A stretch of DNA of 64,000 nucleotides from a virus (Duplodnaviria > Caudoviricetes), in IMG/VR virus record IMGVR_UViG_3300020046_005360. One strand, given 5' to 3'. Below the pieces are notes generated by a model. That model ran no database searches. It had not been told where the DNA came from and saw only the letters and a list, made by a program, of their open reading frames with translations. Made by a program: the position numbers and the translations under genes. Positions 9,333 through 19,086 of this stretch are shown piece by piece (position 1 is the stretch's first letter; each line of letters begins with the position of its first letter).

Positions 9333-9417
9333 CGGAGACTATGGGGTTCGAACCCATGTAGCTTTTACACCCTACTTGTTTAGCAAACAAGCCTCTTTAC
9401 CATTTGAGTAAATCTCC
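9333..9417 (-). tRNA. tRNA-Ser (GCT)
   Basis: CTTGT-TT GCT AA-ACAAG, long variable arm, G73. Confidence 0.92.
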
Positions 9418-9450
9418 AATAAGGTACTCACTCGCGACACTTTCCCTTAG

Positions 9451-9524
9451 TACTCATAGTAGGATTTGAACCTACGACCTTCATCTTATCAGGATGCTTA
9501 TCTACCTAGCTGATATATATGAGT
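9451..9524 (-). tRNA. tRNA-Ile (GAT)
   Basis: CATC-CT GAT AA-GATG. Confidence 0.88.
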
Positions 9525-9531
9525 AATTTTG

Positions 9532-9605
9532 CTCCCCAACCAGGACTTGAACCTGGAACCTACGCATTAACAGTGCGCCGCTCTAACCAATTGAGCTATT
9601 GAGGA
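9532..9605 (-). tRNA. tRNA-Asn (GTT)
   Basis: GCGCA-CT GTT AA-TGCGT. Confidence 0.93.
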
Positions 9606-9684
9606 ATAATTCTTGTCTTTCCAAGTGTCAACCAGAGCTACAGTGAACGTCTTCTATGTATTATTTTCATAGTTGGATTTATCG

Positions 9685-9756
9685 TGGACCTGGTCCGATT
9701 TGAACGGACGACACCCACGGCTTCAACGTGGTGCTCTACCCCTGAGCTACAGGTCC
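9685..9756 (-). tRNA. tRNA-Phe (GAA)
   Basis: CCACG-TT GAA GC-CGTGG. Confidence 0.92.
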
Positions 9757-9817
9757 AATTACTACTTTGATTTGGACACAGGACAAAGTAGTGAAAACAC
9801 CTCCTGCAATTTATTAG

Positions 9818-10051
9818 TTATTGGTGGTGTTTTTGATAACGACCAAATTTATCTATTCGTAAATTCATACGTGTTAAAGATAAATTCCAATTACTAAAGT
9901 TAGACAATCTAGTTTTTGATTGTGCTTGTTTTAAAGCACTAATCTCTGCTTTTGAACGATCCTTATCTGTTGTTTCAACATAATAAGTGGGAGCTTGAGC
10001 ACCAGTCTGACTGGTAGGAACTACTCTCCAAATTCTAATTTGCGTATCCAT
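9818..10051 (-). CDS. hypothetical protein in tRNA operon
   Basis: ORF track; preceded by uORF + hairpin. Confidence 0.6.
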   Translation of the reverse strand: MDTQIRIWRVVPTSQTGAQAPTYYVETTDKDRSKAEISALKQAQSKTRLSNFSNWNLSLTRMNLRIDKFGRYQKHHQ

Positions 10052-10103
10052 AATTTTAGCTAATAGCTAAAACCAGGGAGGAAATTCAATTGTCTTCATA
10101 AAT

Positions 10104-10385
10104 TTACTTTCTACAATATTTTTCAACATCTTTTTTTGTCCAACCTCTGAATATTTTCATTCGATTATCTTTTTGTTTATCTTCATAAACAATAAATTTA
10201 TAATCACAATAATCCCATTGGTTATAAATTGTTTTTCTAGCTGTAAATGAAAAATCTTCATCCCAAAATTTGGAACTATTCATTTCATTATTCCAAACTC
10301 TTCTAATTGATCTCCAATATAAAGATGTTCTTTTGTAATTTCTTGGTTTATCTTTTATCCAAGGTTCTCTTCTACTTCTTGACAT
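10104..10385 (-). CDS. small basic phage protein (MSRSRR...WD..D type)
   Basis: MSRSRREP start, NQWDYCDYK, ends RK. Confidence 0.65.
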   Translation of the reverse strand: MSRSRREPWIKDKPRNYKRTSLYWRSIRRVWNNEMNSSKFWDEDFSFTARKTIYNQWDYCDYKFIVYEDKQKDNRMKIFRGWTKKDVEKYCRK

Positions 10386-10449
10386 TTTTTCTAAGTTACT
10401 CGTTAGTACTTAGAATAGTGAATGTTTCATAGTTAATAATTTAAATTTG

Positions 10450-10527
10450 TGGGAGTAGAAGGACTCGAACCTTCGTGTGATATCTCGGGGTTACAATCCG
10501 ATGCAGTCGCCGCTGTGCCATACTCCC
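10450..10527 (-). tRNA. tRNA-Tyr (GTA)
   Basis: TCGGA-TT GTA AC-CCCGA. Confidence 0.85.
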
Positions 10528-10572
10528 AAATACACTTTCCTACTTGACCGTCTAAGTGTGAAACCCATCTCG

Positions 10573-10646
10573 TACTCCCTGTAGGATTTGAACCTACGAC
10601 ATCTTGTATGTAAAACAAGCGCTCTCCCGGACTGAGCTAAGGAAGC
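10573..10646 (-). tRNA. tRNA-Val (TAC)
   Basis: CTTGT-TT TAC AT-ACAAG. Confidence 0.9.
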
Positions 10647-10706
10647 GGTTTGCGTTTACTCTTGCAAGAGCTAATGTGGTACGCATACACCATTATCATT
10701 ATTCTG

Positions 10707-10778
10707 TGCTCCCGGAGAATTTTGAAATCTCGACTCCCATATTAAAAGTATGGTGCTCTTCCTCTGAGCTACGAAAGC
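10707..10778 (-). tRNA. tRNA-Lys (TTT)
   Basis: CCATA-CT TTT AA-TATGG. Confidence 0.88.
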
Positions 10779-10838
10779 AAAATCTAATTCTACGCTTACA
10801 ATATGTAGTTCTATGAATTAGTAACAGTCTCGTCTGTG

Positions 10839-10915
10839 TCGGGATAGCCGGAATCCAACCGGCGAATCTCATGTTCCCAAAACATGCGGGTTCTTGCATC
10901 TGCCCTAGTATCCCG
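10839..10915 (-). tRNA. tRNA-Pro (TGG)
   Basis: CGGGATA/TATCCCG, CATGT-TT TGG GA-ACATG. Confidence 0.85.
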
Positions 10916-11027
10916 TGTTCGACTTCGTTTTTGCGAGAACGTTGTCAATAAACTCACTAAACTCCCTCAGATTATTAATCCTGTCTTATTCAGACCTCTT
11001 CAGATTTATTATCCTGTCTAGATTTTG

Positions 11028-11099
11028 TTACCTATGGTGGAATCGAACCACCCTTAATTGCGCCAAAAACAATTGTAATAACCGATATACGAATAGGCA
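11028..11099 (-). tRNA. tRNA-Gln (TTG)
   Basis: ATTGT-TT TTG GC-GCAAT, U1:A72. Confidence 0.85.
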
Positions 11100-11105
11100 A
11101 AATTG

Positions 11106-11197
11106 AAGTGGGTGTGAGATTCGAACTCACGGAGCGCTTTTGACACGCTCTCTAGTTTTCAAGACTAGCGCAATAAGCCGGACTCTGCCAACCCACC
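11106..11197 (-). tRNA. tRNA-Ser (TGA)
   Basis: CTAGT-CT TGA AA-ACTAG, long variable arm. Confidence 0.92.
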
Positions 11198-11293
11198 ATT
11201 TATTATCGAAATGTCAAATAACTTATCGTTTTTAATTTGAGTAAATATACGATTCTAATTTTTAAAATCCAAATCTACTTATAAAAACTTTTG

Positions 11294-11366
11294 AGCCCTC
11301 GATAGGTTTCGAACCTACCACCTTCTGAGTACAAAACAGACGCTCTACCAAATGAGCTACGAGGGC
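11294..11366 (-). tRNA. tRNA-Thr (TGT)
   Basis: TCTG-TT TGT AC-CAGA. Confidence 0.9.
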
Positions 11367-11397
11367 AAAAAGAAACCCGTCTTTTTGGGACGGGTTT
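11367..11397 (-). terminator. intrinsic terminator/attenuator immediately 5' of first tRNA
   Basis: AAACCCGTC-CCAAAAA-GACGGGTTT-CTTTTT. Confidence 0.8.
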
Positions 11398-11424
11398 AAT
11401 ATAATGTTTTTAAATTACCATTAC

Positions 11425-11532
11425 TTAATTTCCGTCCATATTGGGATTCGGTTGAGTATTATACATAACAAGATCCCATGCGATCGAATTAATCGTTCTA
11501 AAAGTCTCGTTTATGTGTTTACTATGTTTCAT
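11425..11532 (-). CDS. putative 35-aa leader peptide of the tRNA operon
   Basis: MKHSKHINETFRTINSIAWDLVMYNTQPNPNMDGN*; its 3' end GGACGG is complementary to the terminator 5' arm CCGTCC. Confidence 0.55.
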   Translation of the reverse strand: MKHSKHINETFRTINSIAWDLVMYNTQPNPNMDGN

Positions 11533-11702
11533 ATGTATATAAATATGTATCTTTTTCTCAAAACGTGAGAAATTTATCCTTCTATTGTTCCTCCTTGTGG
11601 ACTACCATACCATGTTGAACCTTGTTTCATATTAATTATTTTATTTGGAAATAATAAGTGACTTTCACTTATTCTTGTTTATGTAAATATACGAATAAAT
11701 AT

Positions 11703-11933
11703 TTAGGAATCCAACTTTTTATAAGATAATCTTTTAATATCTTGATATAAAGTATGTTTATTACTAATTTCAATTTTATCCCAATTATCCCAACGAAAAG
11801 GATAATAATCTTTTAATTTTATATCTCCGTTCCATAAATACCCCAATGATTGGAGTTTATTACTAATTACACTCCATTCCCTTCTTTTTACTATAATAGG
11901 AAATTCAATATTTCGAGGATTATTTACTTTCAT
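11703..11933 (-). CDS. MK(V/I)NNP-family hypothetical protein
   Basis: MKVNNP...FPI...L..LG(Y/W)...P shared with 19087, 55952, 62960. Confidence 0.7.
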   Translation of the reverse strand: MKVNNPRNIEFPIIVKRREWSVISNKLQSLGYLWNGDIKLKDYYPFRWDNWDKIEISNKHTLYQDIKRLSYKKLDS

Positions 11934-12053
11934 CCTAAAAGTATTGAAAATAATATAACTATTCCAAAAACTATAGTAAATCCAATTCTAAAGAAACTAA
12001 TCATCATACTTCCTCCCATTTGAGAAGAAATATCTTCTGCTAATAACCATCTT

Positions 12054-12272
12054 TTAATAAATTTCATAACTAGGTTCTAAAATATTATCTTTTTTAATAC
12101 ATTCAATAGGATAGTGATATCCGTTTTTACATTCTTTCGGGTAAAAACAATATTCCCTCACATCTTTTACAGTTACTTCTTTACCAATTAAAGCGTCCAT
12201 ACTATCTGTCCAGGAACTCCATTTATTCCTTCTATATGCTCTTTCAATTACAATTTTGTCTCCTATTTTCAT
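12054..12272 (-). CDS. YEIY-tagged small protein (KIGD/KOW-like N-terminus)
   Basis: Ends LEPSYEIY*. Confidence 0.8.
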   Translation of the reverse strand: MKIGDKIVIERAYRRNKWSSWTDSMDALIGKEVTVKDVREYCFYPKECKNGYHYPIECIKKDNILEPSYEIY

Positions 12273-12285
12273 AACAATTTATTTT

Positions 12286-13002
12286 TATTTTGTAATACTT
12301 TTAATTTCTCCTCTATTTATCAGAATTTGTTCTTCTCCATATTTTACTATAGCGTAGTCATCATTCGGGTTATCATAACCAGACTCTATATATTCAACTT
12401 CTATATCGTGGTTACGTTCTTCCCCCACGTTGATCAAAAGTAATATTAAATTTATCTCCTACCTTTAAATCATCATATGTGTATCTACTTGGATTATTCA
12501 CTTTAATTTCATTAATCCCCGCTAATTTTTTCATTCTAGAAATTTGGAGATGTTCTTTCAGGTCCTCAAATTTTTCTAATTTAAATTTAATACCTGCATT
12601 GTTAAGTACAGTTTGTAAAATCTTAGCAGTATTAACTTGTGATGTATTCTTATCCGTAGGGAATAATAATTTATCTCCTCCGTATATATCATAAGTAAGT
12701 AAATTAGGTTTTCCGTCGAAAGATTTGATTAAATCTTCCATAGCTTGTCTCGTCTTGGGAGGAAAAGGAAAACCCTGTTTCTTTTCAAGTGGTTTTTTAT
12801 GAGTAGGTAAGTTTGGACCGAAATGTTTTATAATTGCAGCTTCAACTTCCTTTTTATTCCTTGTATTAATAAGATACTCACCATAATTATCTCTATTTTC
12901 TAATGCAGCAACTACATCTTCTGCACTAGCACCTTGAGGTGTTAAAATAAGGTCTAATTTAGCTGTTTCCCTTGGTGATTGACCTTCTATATTCTCTATC
13001 AT
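12286..13002 (-). CDS. hypothetical (possibly late/virion) protein with RMKKLAGINE-IKVNNP motif; frameshift in G-run ~12425 extends it beyond track end 12412
   Basis: Removing one G gives ...RGEERNHDIEVEY...IKSITK*. Confidence 0.55.
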
Positions 13003-13316
13003 TATTTGTTTTTATAATTATTTAACGCTACATATAATTGATCTTTAATCTGAGCAGCATGACCTCCTATGAATATACCTTCAAGTGAAACCAATAATTC
13101 CTCACTATAGTAAGCTACTTGTTCTAAGTATTCTTGTTGAGAAAATTGATTTTCTCCCAAATTAACAGTAAGTACTGTTTGAGGTAAATTAACTAAATGA
13201 TCGTCATTGGATATGAAATCAGTTATTATTTCATCAGGTTTCGAGAATGTAACAGGTTCTGTGATTTTGGATTTTTCTCCGATTATATCGCTTGATACTA
13301 CTTGTTTCTTTGCCAT
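13002..13316 (-). CDS. hypothetical protein
   Basis: ORF track; TAATG-coupled to downstream gene. Confidence 0.6.
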   Translation of the reverse strand: MAKKQVVSSDIIGEKSKITEPVTFSKPDEIITDFISNDDHLVNLPQTVLTVNLGENQFSQQEYLEQVAYYSEELLVSLEGIFIGGHAAQIKDQLYVALNNYKNK

Positions 13317-13636
13317 AATTAATATATTTATTTGTAAAATTTAACTGGTTTATCCAATTTAAATTCAACTCCATCTACATAATAAATATTACTATAGCCT
13401 ATGAAGTTAGGATTTCTTTCTTCTGTAAGGGTCTGAGTCTTGTCTATTCGAGTAAACTCAATTTTAACCCCATTTACTAAAACTTGTTTCATGATAATGC
13501 TACTATTAATATTGTTGATATTATTGCTATAATACTGAAAATAAATATACTTCCTCTTTTATATTGTGTTTCCATCTCTTGTTTCTTTTTGTAATAATTT
13601 TCTAAATTCACACTTACTAAATTAATTTATTAATCC

Positions 13637-13906
13637 TCAATAAATATCATATATTGGTTCTGAATAAATATCATTTGGTACTAGTTCAAAATACTCTCTA
13701 TCTAAATTAATAGAGTATCTATTCTTTTCGGGATGAAACCAAAGTGAATTATTATCCCAATTTGATTTTAAAACCCAAGTTTTATCTCCTACTCGTAAAT
13801 CAGGAGGAAAAGAATGACTATAACTATGATTACCTTTATAAGGTCTAACTAATGTAATCCATACTACTTCTTTACCTTTCGGTATTTCACTATATTTGTA
13901 ACTCAT
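13637..13906 (-). CDS. YEIY-tagged small protein (YDIY variant)
   Basis: Ends SEPIYDIY*; own promoter at ~13926. Confidence 0.8.
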   Translation of the reverse strand: MSYKYSEIPKGKEVVWITLVRPYKGNHSYSHSFPPDLRVGDKTWVLKSNWDNNSLWFHPEKNRYSINLDREYFELVPNDIYSEPIYDIY

Positions 13907-14416
13907 AACTTATAATTAATTTTATGTAAATATACGAATAAATTTTCAAGAAATTTTTACCCTGTGTATATACTTTTGAAATTGGATACTCAAAATTTTT
14001 TTGAAAGAGATTTGCATTTCATATAATTGCATTCCAAACCGGCATTTCGGGATATAAGTATATATTTTGGGAATGGGTTGTAAAGTTTTACTCGTTATGG
14101 ATTTTGGTCTAATGCCTTCCCGCCGCATCCCGGCCCTTTGCATGGACCGCAACGATGCGATATACTATTTCCCCAACGTGAATAATACTTTATTACCACT
14201 ATATTCCCATTTCATTACATCAAATTTATCTTTAATTTCTTGAACATGAACACTACCTGATATAGATAATTTATAACCATTATCCAATATTGTTACAATA
14301 TTTTGTTTGTAACCCATTTGTGATAGGGTTTCCTTAATTTCAAAACTATTCATATACTTAATTTTGGCCACCAAAAGCACCTACAATGAGGTGCTATGTG
14401 GTTAAGTGATTCTTAA

Positions 14417-14956
14417 TTATACTTCAGTACCACCACTCAACATGTTTTCAAGTACGTTTTCCGCTTCAGCATCAACGATAGCTTCTACCTCACTAACAAC
14501 CGGTTCAACATTCTTAAATGCTGGTCTACCACGTTTCACTTTACCAACTAAAGCAAGTCGTTTTTGACGTTCACTTTCAGGATTGATTGCACGACCTAAT
14601 TTAAGTGTACCCTCAGCACGTTTTGCTGCTAAAGCTGCTTGTTTGATATTCCAAGCACTCGTTGGATCAGCCGGTCTACCTCTACCAGCCATACCTTTTT
14701 GACTTAACCTAATTTGACGTGGTGAATTAGGATCAATAGGACGACCTCTACGTTCTGTTTTAACCTCTTCCTCAACCACAGCTGGTGTATTGGCTAAATG
14801 GTATTCATTAATTCTAGCATCTAATTCAAATGCTTTACCTTTGGTATCTAAACCTAATGCTTTCGCTTCCGCTACTAACGCTTTGTAATCAAATTTTCCT
14901 TGTTCTGAAACTAATACTGTTGTTTCTGTCGGTTTTTTAAATGCGTGTTTGTTCAT
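14417..14956 (-). CDS. putative DNA-binding protein: SAP/Rho-N-like helix pair plus four AT-hook-like (RGRP) repeats
   Basis: YKALVAEAKALGLDTKGKAFELDARI; RRGRP, GRGRP, LGRA, KRGRP; terminator 14373-14396. Confidence 0.7.
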   Translation of the reverse strand: MNKHAFKKPTETTVLVSEQGKFDYKALVAEAKALGLDTKGKAFELDARINEYHLANTPAVVEEEVKTERRGRPIDPNSPRQIRLSQKGMAGRGRPADPTSAWNIKQAALAAKRAEGTLKLGRAINPESERQKRLALVGKVKRGRPAFKNVEPVVSEVEAIVDAEAENVLENMLSGGTEV

Positions 14957-15025
14957 GACCTTAATTTTTAATGATTAAAATAAATTTTACTAATTTTCGA
15001 ATTGTTATATTATTAAATTTCTATA

Positions 15026-15397
15026 TTGTAAATATACGATTAGTATATTATAAATCCACTACCTGAATTATATTATTTTTAATCATTAAATTTAATTTTT
15101 CCAATACAAGTATAGGTTTTATTCCTTCCTCTTTACTTATTTTATTAGAAAATTCTTCTAAAGAAATGAAGTTATTTTCACAATAATCTCCACTTTCATA
15201 CATACCTGCATCTGCAATTAATCTTTCGTTATCATTGAAATCTTCATAATAGTCATAATCTTCATTTTCAACTAAATTGTTGATTCTCTCTAATTCTATT
15301 TTTGAATTTGGTGTTAATTTAATTTCCATTTTATTATATTTTATATTTTTATTTATCTTATTTTGTAAATATACGATTAGTATATTATAAATCCACT
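15026..15397. repeat. 35-bp perfect direct repeat (15026-15060 and 15363-15397) containing the early promoter
   Basis: TTGTAAATATACGATTAGTATATTATAAATCCACT x2. Confidence 0.85.
15048..15329 (-). CDS. acidic hypothetical protein (true start MEIKLTPNSK at 15329)
   Basis: Track start 15506 runs through promoter DNA; internal ATG follows the promoter. Confidence 0.65.
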   Translation of the reverse strand: MEIKLTPNSKIELERINNLVENEDYDYYEDFNDNERLIADAGMYESGDYCENNFISLEEFSNKISKEEGIKPILVLEKLNLMIKNNIIQVVDL

Positions 15398-15594
15398 TCC
15401 TTATATAAATAACTTTCTTTTTCCACCATACAATTTCCAAGAAATGTAATTGTAAATAATGACTAAAATTGACTTTTTCATAACTGATTGTTTTAATTAT
15501 TAACATTTTACTTAAACGATTAAGTAACTTACTTAATCTTACTTTGGTAAATATACGAACGTATTATTTATATAACACGTCCGTATATAATATG

Positions 15595-15909
15595 TTAAAT
15601 GTTTTTAACCCACAATGGGAGTTTTAAATTTTCTAATACCCATATCGTATCTTTCCTCCCATGTTTTTCAATTTCAATAATGATATTATTGTAACCATGT
15701 TCTTTTCTAACTCTAGTAATAACCCAATTCATTTCATAATAATTATTATTTATTGGGTATTCTTTTGGTTTTATAACACAATGTCCATTATTATCCAATT
15801 CACAATCTCCCCAAAATTTTTGTTTTAATATATGTAATTCATTACCTATTGGGTATAAATTTTGACACTCATTTAATAACTCTTTCGAATAAACATAAAA
15901 TACACTCAT
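15595..15909 (-). CDS. hypothetical protein
   Basis: ORF track; own promoter ~15944. Confidence 0.6.
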   Translation of the reverse strand: MSVFYVYSKELLNECQNLYPIGNELHILKQKFWGDCELDNNGHCVIKPKEYPINNNYYEMNWVITRVRKEHGYNNIIIEIEKHGRKDTIWVLENLKLPLWVKNI

Positions 15910-16439
15910 AATTGATTTGTTTATATTATTTAAATCTTATATTGTAAATATACGAACATATAATTAGTAAATCTCGTCCCTAATTAAGTAATTATTAGGT
16001 TTCAATAGCAACGACCTCGTTCATATAAACAAAGAATTACCTAAAATAGACATTAATGAATGTTATTAGGTATTGGTATTATATCAGACGGTAAGAACGT
16101 TATTATAGTTACCTTAATTATGTTACGTTCTTGCTCCTGCACTTACCTCATTCTTATACGTACTATGACGGGAGGGTCGGATTTCACTACTAATGACGTG
16201 TATAAATACCAAATATTTCTAGGAACTTGTATATACTTTTAAAGTTAGTAACGAGGGACGTGGAAAATGCATGCAAGTTCTAGACATGACTAGCTCAACT
16301 CTAGTTTTCGTTTATCTAACTCATCGTTTAGAGCGCTCTAAACTTCCATTTTCATCACCCACAAACACTTATTAGATATATCACCCACTTGAAGCCTGCG
16401 ATATAACATGCTATTCTTCATTAAACACGACACTCTATG

Positions 16440-16703
16440 TTAATATATTTCATATACAGTATCCACTTTATTATCGCTTATTAACACGATATCATTAAAT
16501 TGGAATATCCAATGGCCATCATTCCTTTTACGTGGCATTGTAATACCACGACCACTATCCATATAAATGTTATATGAATTATCTATGTCCTGTCCCAAAT
16601 AACAATTCATTAATCCCTTGTTATTCCATCCTCTAGGACAACCATCTGACCATTGTTTATCACGAATGAATTCTTCCCTAGTTTTGAATCTATACTTTGC
16701 CAT
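16440..16703 (-). CDS. YEIY-tagged small protein (KYRF.T.EEF family, paralog of 24460)
   Basis: Ends DTVYEIY*. Confidence 0.8.
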   Translation of the reverse strand: MAKYRFKTREEFIRDKQWSDGCPRGWNNKGLMNCYLGQDIDNSYNIYMDSGRGITMPRKRNDGHWIFQFNDIVLISDNKVDTVYEIY

Positions 16704-16744
16704 AGCTGAATTGTTTATAAATTTATAAATATACGAACGACATA

Positions 16745-17488
16745 TTAATAATCTCTTCCTCGTTTTAATTTCATAAACGATCTAGAATCATATTCATTCT
16801 TAATATCCTTGATTTTACCGCTATTTAATAAATCAATTAATTGGTATTTAATGAAATCAGCATCCATAGCTAATGAATGTTCTATTACATTAGTAATTTT
16901 CCCATCCCAACTATTTTGTTTTAAAAAGTCATTATTGAATTCGAATTTATATTCACCCTCTTCAGTTCTTGCTTCACAACTATAATTTAATTTATCAATT
17001 TGACTTATTAAAAACATATACGAAAGAAATGTTGGACTACCTATTATATAAGGTATATCCCCATCATTGTGTGCTCTATATTGGATATATTGTATTGATC
17101 TGAATATTTCACCAATTAATGTTTCGCTTGGGCCGCTTTGTTTTATATTCTTTTCCTCAAATGTTTTGGTTAATAGTTTTAATTCGTCTCCAACTCCATC
17201 CCGTGGGAATCTTTCTACACTATGATCAGGACGTCTTATTCTATCACCATTTATTCTCCTATATAGATTATGTTCCATATCATCTTGAGTTAGATTAATA
17301 TATTCTCCTATATCGATCATACCCGCTTCTAAATCATAGTTGCTTATTTGTATACCGGCTTTTTTAGCAATTTTTTGTTCAATGTTCTTTTCATAACATG
17401 TGATATAAAAATTGGGATGTTTGTTTTCCTTTAATTGGTTTACGATATCAACAGATATTCTTAATTTTTGAGTTTTAGATAATTCCAT
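16745..17488 (-). CDS. hypothetical protein (247 aa)
   Basis: Long ORF with own promoter ~17513. Confidence 0.7.
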   Translation of the reverse strand: MELSKTQKLRISVDIVNQLKENKHPNFYITCYEKNIEQKIAKKAGIQISNYDLEAGMIDIGEYINLTQDDMEHNLYRRINGDRIRRPDHSVERFPRDGVGDELKLLTKTFEEKNIKQSGPSETLIGEIFRSIQYIQYRAHNDGDIPYIIGSPTFLSYMFLISQIDKLNYSCEARTEEGEYKFEFNNDFLKQNSWDGKITNVIEHSLAMDADFIKYQLIDLLNSGKIKDIKNEYDSRSFMKLKRGRDY

Positions 17489-17548
17489 GACTATTTAATT
17501 TATTAATTTTGGGTAAATATACGATTATATTATTAGTATAACTCGTCC

Positions 17549-17773
17549 CTAATAAATTTCATAAACAGGATTAATTTCTTTCCTTTCGTATGGTTTGAAT
17601 GAAGTATAAGACCAACTTCTTGTTTTGAATCCATTTCTGTTATATCCATTACCTTCAATAACGACACCACTAAATGTTTTACTTTGTCCAATAGGAGAAG
17701 TTAAACCATCTTCCAAGGCTTCGACTATTTGTCCTAATTTTGAAATGTATAGATTTCCTTTAATTATTTCCAT
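17549..17773 (-). CDS. YEIY-tagged small protein
   Basis: Ends INPVYEIY*. Confidence 0.8.
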   Translation of the reverse strand: MEIIKGNLYISKLGQIVEALEDGLTSPIGQSKTFSGVVIEGNGYNRNGFKTRSWSYTSFKPYERKEINPVYEIY

Positions 17774-17775
17774 GG

Positions 17776-18081
17776 CTAGTAAATTTCGTAAATTGGTTGT
17801 TGTGGTCTTTGTTTTAAATATGATTCTTTACTCATATATTTGTTCTTCTCTATACAGTATTCTAACCAACCGATTTCTTCATTAGTTGCTTCTCGATATG
17901 TTCTTTTTTGGCCATTTCCACCATAACTCCAATCAGCATTTTTATTATAACATCCTTTATTTATGAATTGTGCTTTACTACGATAATACCCATCATCATC
18001 TAATCTTCCATTAGATAATGCTATACCTATCATCCAAAAACCTCCACTATCTTCTACTTTGTAATATTTACCCTCTTCCAT
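17776..18081 (-). CDS. YEIY-tagged small protein (T.EE..WL..CI family)
   Basis: Ends QQPIYEIY*. Confidence 0.8.
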   Translation of the reverse strand: MEEGKYYKVEDSGGFWMIGIALSNGRLDDDGYYRSKAQFINKGCYNKNADWSYGGNGQKRTYREATNEEIGWLEYCIEKNKYMSKESYLKQRPQQPIYEIY

Positions 18082-19086
18082 TATTTCTCATTTATTTCGA
18101 TGCAGCTATTATTATTTTCCGGTTTTACAACTTCATACCCATCACCAAGTTGTTCTTGTAACATAGAACATACTCCATCTAGTTGAGTTGGATTTAATTT
18201 CCAACTAATATACCCTCGTTTTTTAATGTTGTCATATTTTGTAACAGTTCCACTACCGTTATTAGCATTTTTGAATAGAATATATGATTCTATTTTATCA
18301 GCTTCAATTCCTTTCTTGCGATAAAGTTTAGGTAAATCCTCAGGTCCGTAACAACAACTACACATATCTTTTGGATACGTGAAGTGGGCGAAATCAATAT
18401 CTAGGGTTTCTCTAATTACTTTTAGGTTTAAATCACTGTATGTTTTTTTCATGACTATTTATTATTAGTTGTTATAAAATCCTCTTTGTTTCCAAAAGTC
18501 TATCCAAGTAATATACTCTCGATATGGTTTGGTTCCTGGTAGAAAATGATATGTAGTTGAATTCATATTGGTAGTCATTTTATAACAATGAAGACCTCTA
18601 TGAACACCAGCAGTATAACGAGCTCTATCGTTTGTTGTAATTAGGACGTAAAATATCCATAATAAGAATGATGGAAATGCTTTAATATATTTCATAACTG
18701 ATTTATTTATATTATTTGGGTAAATATACGAATAATATTATAGTATTTCTATTCCTTATTTAACCATTCTTTAAATTCACCTTCACTTAATTCTTTGTTA
18801 TCTAGTATAAATATTGTTTTGTTTAGAAAATGTTTATCATTTAATATTAGTAATAATTCACTACATGTATATACCTTTCTACGTAAAGGAAATGTAATAT
18901 CATCTAATACGAAGTATATTTTATCACAATGAGAACAAGCCATTGCTACTAAATCAATGATGCCTAGGTTTATACAATAATCCCAATCTGTTAATAATTC
19001 AGAGAATGGATATGTTTGTAATGAACTATCTTTAAGTCGCTCAGTAAATGTTGGAGTTCGGTATATTCCTAGTAGTATATTCATAA

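Noticed and set aside
4200-11106. Track ORFs overlapping tRNAs (4200..4421, 7686..7889, 9673..9897, 10433..10618, 10604..10816, 10699..10899, 10915..11106)
   Set aside because: They coincide with clear tRNA cloverleaves; spurious frames.
13946-14152. 68-aa ORF MRSMQRAG...
   Set aside because: Atypical composition and non-ATG start; the region is better explained as non-coding.
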